DNA of 64,000 nucleotides from the human T2T-CHM13v2.0 reference genome, Homo sapiens, in the NCBI RefSeq assembly GCF_009914755.1, contig NC_060934.1. One strand, written 5' to 3'. Positions 41,556-54,969 of this stretch are shown here, in pieces (positions within the stretch are counted from its first letter, which is position 1; each line of letters opens with the position of its first letter). Under the pieces are notes generated by a model. That model saw only the letters and a list, made by a program, of their open reading frames with translations. It did not search any database and had not been told where the DNA came from. Both the position numbers and the translations under genes were made by a program.

Positions 41556-43807
41556 ATCAACAAAATTCAACACCCTTCATGTTAAAAACACTCAAGAAAC
41601 TAGGCATGGAAGGAACATACCTCAAAGTAATAAGAGCCATCTATGACAAACCCACAGCTAACATTATACCGAATGGGCAAAAGCTGAAACATTCCCCTTG
41701 AAAACTGGCACAACACAAGGATGACCTCTGTCGTCATTCTTATTCAACATAGTATTGGAAGTGCTAGCCAGAGCAATCAAGCAAGACAAAGAAATAAAGA
41801 GCATCCAAATAGGTAGAGAGGAAGTAAAACTATCCCTGTTTTCAGATGACATGATTCTATATCTAGAGAACCCCATAGTCTAGGCCCAAAAACTCCTTTA
41901 GCTGATAAACAACTTCAGCAAGTTTCAGGATACAAAATAAATGTTCAGAAATCACAAGCATTCCAATACACCACCAACAGCCACACCAAGAGTCAAATCG
42001 GGAAGGCAATCTCATTCACAATTGCCACAAAAACAATAAAATACCTAGTAATACAGCTAACCAGGGAAGTGAAAAATCTCTACAATGAGAATTACAAAAC
42101 ACTGCTCAAAGAAATCAGAGAAGACACAAACAAATGGAAAAAAACATCTCATGCTCATGGATAGGAAGAATCAATATCATTAAAATGGTCATACTGCCCA
42201 AAGCAATTTACAGATTCAATGCTATTCCTATCAAACTACCAGTGACATTCTTCATAGAAGTAGAAAAATTTATTTAAAATTCATATGGAACCAAAAAAGA
42301 GCCCAAATAGCCAAGGCAATTCTAAACAAAAAGAACAAAGCTGGAAGCATCACACTGCCCAACTTCAAATTATACTGCAGGGCTGAAGTAACCAAAACAG
42401 CATGTTACTGGTACAAAAACAGTCACACAGACCAATGGAACAGAATAGAGAGCCCAGAAATAAGGCCACATACCTATGACCATCAGACCTTCAACAAACC
42501 TGACAAAAACAAGCAATGGAGAAAAGACTCCCTGTTCAATAAATGGTGCTGGGATAACTGGCTAGCCATATACAGCAGATTGAAGCTGGATCCCTTCCTT
42601 ACACCATATACAAAAAATCAATTCGAGATGGACTAAAGACTTAGATGTAAAACTCAAAACTATACAAACCCTGGAAGACAACCTAGGCAATACCATTCTG
42701 GACATAGTAACAGGCAAAGATTTTATGACAAAGACACCAAATGCACTCACAATGAAAGCAAAAATTAACAAATGGGATCTAATTAAACTAAAGAGCTTCT
42801 GCACAGCAAAAGAAACTATCAATAGGGTAAAGAGACATCCTACAGAATGGGAGAAAATATTTGCAAGCTATGCATCTGACAAAGGTCTAATATCCAGCAT
42901 CTATAGGGAACTTAAACAAATTTACAAGAAAAAAACGCATTAAAAAGTGGGCAAAGACATGAACAGACACTTTTCAAAAGAAGACATACATGCAGCCAAC
43001 AAGCATATGAAAAAAAGCTCAATATCACTGATGGTTACAGAAATGCAAAACAAAACCCCAATGAGATATCATTTCACACCTATTAGAATGGCTATTATTA
43101 AAAAGTAAAAAAAAAAACAAAAACAAAACAAACAAACAAAAAAAAACAGATGCTGGTGAGGCTGCAGATTAAAGGGAACACTTATACACTGTTGGTGATG
43201 GTGTAAATTAGCTCAACCATTGTGGAAAGAAGTATGGCGATTCCTCAAAGACCTAAGGACAGAAATACCATTCAACCCAGCAATCCTATTACTGGGTATA
43301 TAGCCAGAAGAATATAAATCATTCTACCATAAAGATACACACATGTGAATGTTTATTGCAGCACTATTCACAAAAGCAAAGACATGGAATCAACCTAAAT
43401 GCCCATCAATGACAGATTGGATAAAGAAAATGTGGTACATATACACTATGGAATACTATGCAGCCATATAAAAAGAACAAGATCATGTCTTTTGTGGGAA
43501 CATGGATGGAACTGGAGGCCATTATCCTTAGCAAACTAACACAGGAACAGGAACCAAATACACCATGTTCTCACTTATAAGTGGAGCTAAAAGATGAGAA
43601 GTTATGAACACAAAGTAGGGAAAAACAGACGCCGGAGTCTACTTAAGGGTGGATGGTAGGAGGAGGCAGAGGAGCAGAAAAGGTAACAATTGGTTGCTAG
43701 GCTTAATATTTGGGTGATGAAAGAATCCATACAACAAATTCCTATAACATCAGTTCTCCTGTGTAACAAACTTTCACACTTACTGCTGACCCTAAAATAA
43801 AGGTTAA
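41556..43807 (+). mobile_element. 5'-truncated L1PA15/16-like LINE (ORF2 C-terminal half plus 3'UTR), sense to PLXDC2, disabled
   Basis: ORF2 peptides such as [19 protein letters not shown] and [17 protein letters not shown] broken by stops and frameshifts; old-primate 3'UTR; followed by (TA)n. Confidence 0.95.
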
Positions 43808-44092
43808 ATATATATATATATATATATATATGTGCTATTATGGTTATATTGTATCTCAAGATGCAATATACACTTAGGGTTGGATTCATTGTTAATGACA
43901 GTGGAGGTATAAACCCTATTTTTAATACTCTTTCTCTTAATTTTGAATATGTTTGGCCTCTGTCTTGTCAGATCTGATTCCATCATTATAGTTTTTACTT
44001 CATGATATGTTTCATGCAAGGCTGACTCAGCGTAGAGCTTTGCTAGCCAGTCTTGTGCTCTCCCGTGCTTTTATTTATTAGTATAAAAAACA

Positions 44093-44190
44093 AATCTCTT
44101 ATTTGGTAGGTCTAGGATGGGCCAGAAAATTTGCGTTTCTGACAAATTCCAAGGTGATGCTCATGCCACTAATCCAGGGACCATGCTTGG
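44093..44190. mobile_element. MER5A fragment
   Basis: gtaggtctaggatgggcc...atttgcgtttctgacaaattccaaggtgatgct...cagggacca. Confidence 0.7.
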
Positions 44191-44199
44191 ACTCTATAG

Positions 44200-44365
44200 C
44201 AGGGGTTGGCAACCTGTTTCTCAAGAGGGCCAGATAATATTTTAGTTGTTACAGGCCTTATGGTCTCTGTCACAACTACTTGACTCTACTGTTATAGCTC
44301 AATAGCCATAGACAATATGTAAATGAACAGACATGGTTGTGTTCCAGTAAAACTTTATTTATGGA
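44200..44365 (+). mobile_element. MER58A hAT element, partial
   Basis: caggggttggcaacc...gggccagata...atggtctctgtcacaactact...gccatagacaatatgtaaatgaa...gtgttccagtaaaactttatttat. Confidence 0.85.
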
Positions 44366-46109
44366 AATAAAGAAGACATTGGTCCTGTATCTACTTTGTT
44401 ATCACTCTCAACAGAAAACACACACACACCGCACACGACCACACACACAGTTAAAACACACTGACACACACTTCCATTTATAACAACCAGATTGGTAATA
44501 TTAACTAGTTTCCATTTGAAAAAAAATGCTATGTGAACTCCTTCATTTAAATAAGCTTTACTGCTTAGATCTTATAAATTTATTTGCTAGAATATTTTTT
44601 AAATTCCCTACATTCTTCTTTCATAAATGCAATTACTAAATATTAGCCTGAGCTTTCCAAATTGTATAGAGTAATCCATATTTTAGTATTTCCTCAACTG
44701 GACTTTCTACCTTTCCAATCCTGCCTGGTTCTCTGTTTCATTTCCATTGTGACTTTCTGAGAATAAAATCAAGTAGTTACAAAAGATTACAAAATTTTAA
44801 TATTAAGGTAATATTGTGACCAGGGGGCTGAGTAATGTCCACATACACGTCCACATGCAACAAACACACACATACTTCATATTACTGAGGTGGTTAAGCA
44901 CGTAGGAAAATGGAAAATGGCAAACACTAATCCAAACCTTATTAATTAGCTTTGCTCTTGTTCTCGTTGACATGAAAAGCTCTCTGGTAATTTGGCTGGA
45001 AACAGGATTTAAATTTAAGCTCCAAGGGGAAGAAGGGAGTTTCTCGAATCTTATCAGCAGTTCATGTAATTTGCATGCCCAAGAATATATATTCCGTCAA
45101 CAAATTATGCAAAAAAAAAAAAAAAAGAAAGAAAGAAAAAAAGAAAAGAAAGATTTAGCTAGGGATAGTCCCAGGGCCAGAGGGCTAACGATTTAGCCTT
45201 GAGTAAGCAAGAGGTGGAGTGAGAAGGCAAGAATGTTGACCCAGAAAAGGCAACTTCCCACACACTTCCCTCCTTCTTGAAATGGAAGACAGGAGGCTAC
45301 AAGAGATGTTTTACCTAGGAACATTTTTTTAAAGAAATATTTCCCTCTTTACCATCACTGCATATAAATGTGGTCCAAACACTATTTTGGAATCTTAGAT
45401 AATATTCTTGGAAGAGGAGGAGGATGGAAATAAAGTAAGTTTTCCCTTTTCTTCCATCCACAATAATATCTTCTAATTTCAGAGCAGAATAAAACTTAGA
45501 AATCATTTAATTCACATATTTGACATGTCCAAATATATTGGTATCTCTTTCCTTTTATCATCTCAGCCATAATCATTAGTATTTGCATGACATCTGTGTA
45601 TACTGGAATTTGATTACATGTGCTTTCAAATCTCTCCATTGTCATTTTTGTTTAAATAACATTTCTTAAATCATTGCAAAATAAACAGATGCTAAAACCT
45701 AAGTTTTGCAGTTGACAAATTAAGGCAAAGACCATGTCTTTCTAGATAAAGCAAAGTGAAGAATTGGTATGAGTTCCTACCATAGGTAAGCAACGAGGCA
45801 GGCACTTTATATTAAAATTCTCACAGTTATCTGGGTATTTTGTCCTTCATTCAGAGCCACACAGTTTTCAGTTTGCAAATCTAAAAGTTTCTGACTATAA
45901 ACCTAGAAACCAGCCTGGACTTGTTCTTTTCCCTCTTGGTAGACATTTCAAATTCCACGTTTTTGTGATTTTCCTCTATATTTCTACGTCCATGTTATTT
46001 AATTTATTTCTGGACACACAGTTTGATTCAACTGCCAGACATATTAGAATTATTTTGTCTTCTGAAATGACAGTTGATGACATTCTGATTCACAACTCCT
46101 ACAGATATA

Positions 46110-46340
46110 TCTCTGTCCTGGTGGAAGGAGTCCAGTGTTTGAAGTTAGGAGACCTTATCTCCAACACTTATTTTGGTGGATTCTGGCCTCTTTGCACCTC
46201 AATTTTGTAACCTGGAAGAAAGGGGGTAAAAATGCCTGCCTTTACTGCCTCGCAGTGCGTTGTGGAGAATAAAAATGAAATAGTTATAAAAGAACACTGA
46301 AAACTTCAACAAAACCATACAGTTCCTGAGTATTATTGTT
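46110..46340 (+). mobile_element. MIR remnant
   Basis: gaagttaggagacc...cacctcaattttgtaacctggaa...gttgtggagaataaaaatg. Confidence 0.5.
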
Positions 46341-46380
46341 TGAGAGTTCTAATTCTTTACAACAAAAAAATAATAACCCC

Positions 46381-46710
46381 TGTCAAAGAAAGTAGTTAAA
46401 GTATTAAAGCCAGATTGTATTTAGGGCTATTGAAATGAGGGAAAGAACCTTGATGCAGAACTGGGCTCAGTTCTGAATGTAGCATGAGCAAGACGGAAAA
46501 TTTGGCCAAGAGCAGAGTGGGCGTCAGTGGAGGGCGTCAGATGTGAGAAGTTAGTGGTGATTGTGCCCAAACTGAGTTGTTAGGATTTTTACTGAAGGAG
46601 GGTCAGGATGATTAGATAGCAAGGGTGGGGGATGAAGGTTTGATCCGTATTGAGGATGGTCAGATAGCAAGGGTGGGGAGTCTCGCTAAACTGACTTAGC
46701 ATCTTGTCAT
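46381..46710 (-). mobile_element. MER31-like ERV1 LTR, partial
   Basis: agaactgggctcagttctgaat...cagatagcaagggtgggga...ctcgctaaactgacttagca. Confidence 0.65.
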
Positions 46711-46781
46711 TCCCGGGTAAGTTAATACCTGAGTCTCTCTAAGAGTCTCTCTGAGATCAATAAATTTGTAGATGCGTAAAT

Positions 46782-46918
46782 ATGGATGGATGGATGGATG
46801 GATGGACAGATGGATGGATGGATGACGGATGGAAGAATGGGTAGAGATATAGGTATAGGATAGATGGATGGGTAGATGGAAAGATAGCTAGGTAGACAGA
46901 TATATTAATAGATGGATG
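46782..46918. repeat. (TGGA)n/(TAGA)n simple repeat, split by the L1 insertion
   Basis: atggatggatggatgg...; the repeat resumes at 47254. Confidence 0.9.
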
Positions 46919-47249
46919 TGAGTTCATGTCCTTTGTAGGGACGTGGATGAAGCTGGAAACCATCGTTCTCAGCAAACTATCGCAAGGACAAAAAACCAAA
47001 CACCGCATGTTCTCACTCATAGGTGGGAATTGAACAATGAGAACACATGGACACAGGAAGGGGAACATCACACACCGGGGCCTATTGTGAGGTGGGGTGA
47101 GTGGGGAGGGATAGCATTAGGAGATATACCTAATGTTAAATGACGAGTTGATGGGTGCAGCACACCAACATGGCACATGTATACATATGTAACTAACCTT
47201 CACGTTGTGCACATGTACCCTAAAACTTAAAGTATAATAATAAAAAAAA
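46919..47249 (+). mobile_element. L1PA3-like 3'-end fragment, sense to PLXDC2
   Basis: cgcaaggacaaaaaaccaaacaccgc, gtaactaacc, ccctaaaacttaaagtataataa; TSD atagatggatg. Confidence 0.94.
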
Positions 47250-48384
47250 CCAGATAGATGGATGGATAGATAGGTAAAGATGCCTGATAGATCTATATAT
47301 TTCTATTTATATCTTTCTATGTATATATTTTTGCCAAACAATTGCCAATATACTGTTTGCCAGACATAAACATACTCTGGCTTAAATATTTTTTTATCTT
47401 TCTGTATGTTGGTAGGAAGATTGATTCTTTAAATATGAAACACCAGCAAAATGAAATGGTTGAAGTGTTGTTCTCTGTCTATCTCACTCTATATCTGTCA
47501 TAATGCAGGTAAGGTTTTTGATGAAACTTGTATGACTTTTTATGTGTTGGTTGTTTAAAATTTTTATATTGAACTGTCCTTGATGACATTTCTGACTACT
47601 TGAATATACATAGAAAATTTCATTTAAAAAATTAAGTTTTCTGGAGGGTTCTTTTGTTCCCTTCAGGAAAATAACTCATTGCTTCAGCTAGCATTACCAT
47701 GGGTCTCATATTTGCATAATGTTTATGTTGGGATAAGTAAATTTAGCTGTTTATGGCGACTTTAGTAAGTTGGTTTTTCATATTGGATATATTTATTTTT
47801 TTCTTTGAGTCCAAAAATCTGTTGATAAGTGCTCATTTTTCAAAATGATTAAATTGAAAGGCAGTTTAATTTACTTTCTCTATTAGGCTATTATCTAGAC
47901 TGCACATTTTTGCCTGAGTTCTGTTCATAATGTCAAACAGTAGGTTGCTTTTTATTTACTCTTACGTTTGACTGGTTGAATAAACTTGCTGCATTCTGTC
48001 TTTTGAGTTGCTTCAATTCAAGTGAGACACAAGTTTATCAACCTGGTCTTACTTGTCTTTGCTTGTAGGATTTTCCTCAAGTTTGATAACAGATTGGGAT
48101 AAGTTGTATCTGCCTATGTCTCTTTAGCTTAATTTCAGCTTAATAAAGTATTTTACATACATAAAGGAAGAAATATACTGGACATAATGTAATATTTTAT
48201 TCAATACTATTCATACTTTTGCTCTAATCAAATTCTAAATACTCAGAACATTCGTATAGTTATAAAATATTAAAGGAATTCTCTTTGGATATTTAAAAGG
48301 TGTGTTCTGGTCTTCAACTTCCTAAGAAACAGATGTACATTCCAAAGTAATCATAGTTTAATTTGTTTAAAAAATAGTAGGGAT

Positions 48385-48570
48385 TCAAAAGCATAGGATT
48401 TGGCATCATCGGATCCAAATTCAAGTTTATTACAACTATGAGACCTTGGGCAAATCCCTAAATTCCCTGTCAATTTCATCCTGTACTATGTAGTTTTGAT
48501 AGTGATGTCTGTCCTGCCTACCACATACAATATATTCAAATGAGATTTTATGGCACTTTATAGTTACTTA
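48385..48570 (+). mobile_element. MIR remnant
   Basis: ctatgagaccttgggcaaatccctaa...tttcatcctgta. Confidence 0.55.
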
Positions 48571-50520
48571 TGTAGTTTAACAAATTCTACCATTAATTCA
48601 TTTTACTTGAATTATACTTAGGTCACTTACCAAACTAGAGGTTAATCCCCTTTGTCCCAAGTATTATTCCAGGGCCTGACTCTTTTTCATTGCACAAAAT
48701 TAACATGATTAGAGTGGCTGAATTGTATTTCTCTGCATGCCTGGGAAATGGGCTGGTCTACCAGCCTGGAAGCCAATAAGTACATGGAACCATCTACCCC
48801 TGTCCTGCCGATGGCACTCACAACAGATTAAAAATTCCTTAAGCCCACCTAATATGCTGAAGTTAACCAACTCCTTTTACTGACATAATTACATAAATAC
48901 ATGCATATTACTAATAATTGAATCTACCCTTACTGTTCTTCCTGAATCTAGGAACCACATTTTAGACATGGAAAGGACTTTGGAGAGCCTTGAGTACAGC
49001 TGCCTTAAGAAATTCACATTGATCCATTTCTTTTGCATATAACAAACCTTAGCTTCCCAAAGCAAGAAGTTGCCTTCTTATTTGACAGATCGTATTTGAG
49101 TTCCTATTTCATTACAATTTAATCTTATTTCTTCATCTTGGGTCTTTAGTGGAGGATGAGCACCATTCTTTTACATAAAATTAGCCATGAAAGGTAATAT
49201 AATACATTCTCTATTACCGGTGAAGGCTATCAAATAATTCTAGATAGATAAACATCTATTCACCTTTTAAAGGCACGAGTGAGGCAAACATTTTAGGTTT
49301 CTGATAAACCTTGTTAGAAGGTTTCATATTAAACTTTTATAATCATAAAGCCTGCTAAAAGGGAGACCCCTGAACCATGTCTCAGGTGCAATAAACAAGG
49401 CAGGTATTTACTCTGCCTTTCAGCTGAGATTCTCTTTTCTAACTTAATTCTTATCATCTTTTCTGCCATGTCTTCAGGAGCCTATGAAGACTTATGATGG
49501 TTTAATTTCACATAACATGAGTGTAAAACATATTCTCATCCTAAAGTTGTTAAATGATAAAGATTTTACATGGCTCCTTTGAAAGAAAATGTTTCATAAC
49601 AGAAAACTTAGCAAACTGTAAACGGAATACAATTTTTTTTAGAGTAAACACATCTGAAAGCAAATAATCTTAATTCTTGTGAAAAATCTTAAATTATAAA
49701 AGATTGTGTTTGAGGATTGAGTTTTCCTGGGTAGGTTAGTATTTCAGTATATTTTAACAATATTTTTTATACCTGGTCCCAATATCTTTATTTTTGTCTG
49801 TTCCTTTCTACCTCATTATAGCGTATCACTTAGGTGATGGATGGATAATACCCTATGCAAAATGGCCAGGTTTCTATGTGGATTGCTTATAAACTACATT
49901 CCCATCAGAATGTCTAGTGTTCTAGACATAGTATTCCCATCGGAATTCCCAGCCCCAGAGAATAGGCATCTTTTTTTCTCATTTTGCTGCAGGTGCTCTG
50001 TTAAAATGCCAACGGGACTGGAAGTGAAACCCTATTAGACACTCTCTATTAATGATAAATTGCCAGAAATTTCCTACCCTGCAGCATCTGTCTGAAAAGA
50101 AATGCCAAGTAAGGTTCAAGCTTAATAACTGGGCCAAGGTGAAGCACATTAGTCCTGATTCCATGTGGGCTAAACTGTAGGATGCAAAAAGGATGTCATA
50201 AGGGAGCAACTCTCGGACGCTGTGTTGAGAAGCATCAAAGTACTTAGTTTTTGAAAAAAATCAGAAAGTTGATAAATGTAGCAAAATGGAAAACACGAAT
50301 CTGCATTAAAAAAAAAGATGTGGGGGGCTCTTTGTGTTATTTTTTGTAACTATTCTTTCATTTGGGATGATTTCCAATAATTTTTTTTTAAAAAAAGAGA
50401 AGTTAGCAAAGGAGGACGAAGAATTAAAATTGAACTTGGTCTAACTTTCAATTTCAAACAGCAATTGAATTTTGAATTATTTAGTCACTTCGCTCATGAA
50501 CTTTACCCACTGAATTCCAA

Positions 50521-50672
50521 ATATTTTCTAATTGGTACATAATATTTTACATATTTATGGGGTACAGGTGATATTTTGTTACATGCATAGAATGTGTAAT
50601 GATCAAGTTGGAGCATTTAGGGTACCCATCACATAGAGGATTCATCATTTCTGTGTGTTAGGAACGTTTCAT
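50521..50672 (-). mobile_element. L1MA-type 3'-end fragment
   Basis: tacatatttatggggtacaggtgatattttgttacatgcatagaatgtgtaatgatcaag. Confidence 0.85.
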
Positions 50673-50689
50673 CCTAACATGCTAGTGGA

Positions 50690-50956
50690 GTGGCAGCTTG
50701 AAGTAGTGTCAACACACATGGACTTGGAACTAGACTGCCTGGATTTGAGTCCTCACTTTGCCAACTGTGAGGTTTAACATTGAGTATATTATTTACTCTT
50801 TCTTAATTACTTCCTCATCTATTAAATGGAAGTAATAACAGCACTTACCTCCTAAGGTTGTCATTAGGACTAAATAATTTAGCATTTATACAATGCTTAA
50901 AGCAATACCTAGCGTAGTGTCCAAGATATCTGTTACATCGATAATAATAATTATTA
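50690..50956 (+). mobile_element. Near full-length MIR
   Basis: gactgcctggatttgagtcct...ttcctcatctattaaatgg...aataacagcacttacctcctaaggttgt. Confidence 0.75.
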
Positions 50957-51371
50957 TGCAAACACTTACCTTTAAAACAGTCATTTTCCACTGAATGGAA
51001 ATTAGGGAGTTTGTTCTCTGAAAGGCAGATTGTTAGCAACTGAGAAAAGGAAGGACCTTTCCATTATCTGAACGATAAACACAAAATATTTTTTTGTCTT
51101 GCCCTGTTTGAGGATCATTGGTCAAGGATGTCACAAAAACATCACAACCTTCAGGTTTTGCAAGTCATAGTTTTAAAGACACTTGTCTAGCAGGAACCTC
51201 TAGATTTCAGTTCTGTCAGTGGAAAATTTTAGGGCATACAAGTGCTACCAGGTAAAGTGAGATTATGTTTTCCAGAAACAAGTCTATTCATCCTTTTAAC
51301 CTATTTCACTCTTTCCAAAGTTTCCTTACAGCAATGGTTTTGGAGTTTCAAAGGCCACTTATATAACAGAG

Positions 51372-51520
51372 CTTTGTTACTCAAAGTGGGGCTCAGGAGG
51401 CAGTATCAGAAGTACCAGGAGCTTGCTAGAAATGCAGGATTTCAGCCCCCTGAATCTGGATCTGAATTGTAACAAGAACCCTAGGTGATTCATTTGCACC
51501 TTGAGGTTTGAGAAGCTTGG
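51372..51520. mobile_element. MER5A1-like hAT element
   Basis: ttactcaaagtg...gagcttgctagaaatgcag...taacaaga..ctaggtgattcatttgcac...gtttgagaagc. Confidence 0.7.
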
Positions 51521-52406
51521 AGAACTCTCTTGACTTGCTTCTAGGGTAGCATGAAAAATCTAGAAGCAATTTCTTCTGGCTCTCACCCAAACCCCATGTT
51601 TCCTTGAAGTGTTCTTTATAAAATCCTGTCACACTCTCTCTGTATCCCTGAACAGCTGGACTCTCTGAATTCTGCCTGAGTTGTAAATATCACATAACTA
51701 ATATGAATAATTCTCAGCGTTTGCCAAGTACAGGCAAGCTACTGTAGTCATGTGTTTGCTGGGAACCATGCAGTGAGAGAGGTCAAAAGATATGGTGATT
51801 GTTCACTTATTCGCAAGTTCATGTGCACCACCATCAGCTAATTGAAAATGTTTGCATTTTGTTTTCCAGTTTATGAATATTCCCTTGAAGAGCACCATTC
51901 AATAGCCAGGATTAATTAAGTTCTAAGTTCTGCTATGAAAAAAGTGCTGAAGAGGTTAGAACTTCTAACTCAGAAAATCAATTCAGTTGATGGACTTTAT
52001 TCTGAAAGAAGTAGCCAGTTCTCTGTTTGTATATTTGTGTATTGATCAGCCCCTTTCCATGGACATTTTGATCTTTTAATTAGGTTTCCAGAGTTTTCAG
52101 GGACTGGATTAATGACCTATGTCTGTCAACTCCTCCCAGAGTATGAGAATGGTTAAAATCCCTTTAAAAAAAAAATTCTACATGGTAAAAGCATTATTAG
52201 TTATCCTGCCCACTATGCTATTTTATTTTGGGATACACTAGGCCCATTTGTGGTCTAGAAGCAGGATCTTACTTTAGGGTATAACAAGGAAGTTCGCAAT
52301 GCTCTTATTCACATATATGCCTTTCCATATTTTATTTTCCATCTTTGATATTTGCTTGTTGTGAAAGCCTATCAATTTTAACATTTTTCTGTCAACCACT
52401 TTTTAG

Positions 52407-52706
<300 letters not shown>

Positions 52707-53369
52707 TATATTACTTTTATAAGCAAAGTTATTTCAGTTTAATAGGGGAATAAAGCACGAAATGACCATTGAGAATTTTAAAAAAGAAAGTAAATGTTTT
52801 ATACATTTAGAAGACAGGCTCCTGGAACTATACTTAGAGGGTAAGAAATGAAAACATCTGATCCTGGAATGTTAAAAAAAAAAAAAAAAAAAGTCATTGA
52901 GGCTGGGCTGGTCGCTGGGCGAGCAGGGGCCCCCTGTTGTGCCTAGGCCCAGGTGTTGCTGATGGTGCAAAGGCTCAGCCCAGCTTGGTGCTCTGTTAGC
53001 CCAGTTCCTGTTATTTGGTGCATTTGATCTGATTAGACTGCTCTGTGCCTTTCTCAAATTTTCTCTCTTTTGTGTCTCTGGCCTCATGTGTCTAGGTGGT
53101 TTCAAATGATGTTTTACTACTACTAAATTTTAGAGAAAATTATGTTGTTATGTCTACTAAGAGCAAAAGACTGACAGTATTAAAGATTCCAGGTAGAAAA
53201 CAGAGTCACTGAAAGCTTATAACAGGTAGGAAATGAATCACGTAGTATAAAAGAAGAAATATAGAAATTATACAGTTGTCAAGATGCAGGATTTTGGAGC
53301 CCAACACATTTGGATTGAAGTCTTAGCTCTAATGCCTACTGGTGATTTGAATTTATCACTCATCCTTTA

Positions 53370-54050
53370 TTTTTGTAAAATTTTGTTTTGAAATAATTTC
53401 AGACTTATAAAAAACTTGCAAAAAATTTTTAAAGAGTTTCCATGTAGATTTCACCTAGTGCCATAAATTTTAACACCTTATATACTCATGGTACCATTGA
53501 CAATATCAACAAATTCACGTTGGTACTATACTCTTAGCTAATCCATGGGCTTTATTCCAATTTTGCTAATTGTCAGCAAATTATTTTTTCTTATTCAAGA
53601 TCCAACCTAGGACCCATATAGCATTTATGTGTCAAATATTCTAGCCTCCTTCAATCTGTAAGAATTCCTCAGTCTTTGCCTTTCATGAACATGACACACT
53701 TAAAGAGTATTGGCCAGTTATTCTGTACAATGTCCCTGATTTTGAGTGTCTACTCTTGCTTTATGATTAAATGTAGGTCTCTGTTTTTGGCAATACTACA
53801 ATGGGGATGATATTTTGTCCTCCCTCGTGCATCATATCATGAGGTACATGATGACAATATGTCTCATTAGTGGTGAGGTTAATTTTGATTACCTGGTTAA
53901 GGTGATACCTACCAGATTTTGTCTTTTCACTGTAAAGCTACCATTTTTTCCTTTTGTAATTAAAAAAATCTTGTTGAAAGATGCTTTGAGACTATACAAA
54001 TGTCCTGCTTCTCATTACACTTCTACCTACTGATTTTAGCGTTCACTCTT
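53370..54050 (-). mobile_element. L1MC4/5-like 3'-end remnant
   Basis: ttttgaaataatttcagacttat...aagagtattggccagttattctgtacaatgtccc...aattttgattacctggttaaggtg. Confidence 0.75.
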
Positions 54051-54525
54051 GCTAACTACAGGCAAAATACTTAGCATAATGTCCGATCTATTAAATGTTA
54101 ATTTCATTCTTTTAACACCTGCATATACAATACTTATGATTATTTTAATATAACAAAAATGAAGACATCGTAACATTGCCTAGAAACATGTCTAATTGTG
54201 ATACCGATTCTATTAGAAAAACAATTTACCAGAATCGGTTTAAGTCTTTAAGAGCTGTGATAATGCACTGGTGTATTTGAAATAACATAAATAATGTTCA
54301 GCTATTTATTAGGAATCAAATAAGGAGCTATGCTTGTTTAGGAAACTAGTTTTAAACAACTATTGCTAGACACCTTCATGTACACAGCATATTGTTATAC
54401 TTCATTGACTCAGTGCTTATGATGGCCAGGTATTATTTGGTCATTTGATCCTTATGATAATCTTTCGAAGAAGTGTCTTGACTTTACAGATGAGCAAACT
54501 TTAAAAGGCTTTAAAAGGTTAAATA

Positions 54526-54969
<444 letters not shown>

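Noticed and set aside
41504-42943. Reverse-transcriptase-like ORF fragments
   Set aside because: Broken pieces of L1 ORF2 in a 5'-truncated old L1; not an intact or novel RT system.
45783-45791. TAG|GTAAGC as a recursive splice site
   Set aside because: Very short pyrimidine tract; several AGGTAAG matches are expected by chance in 64 kb of this composition.
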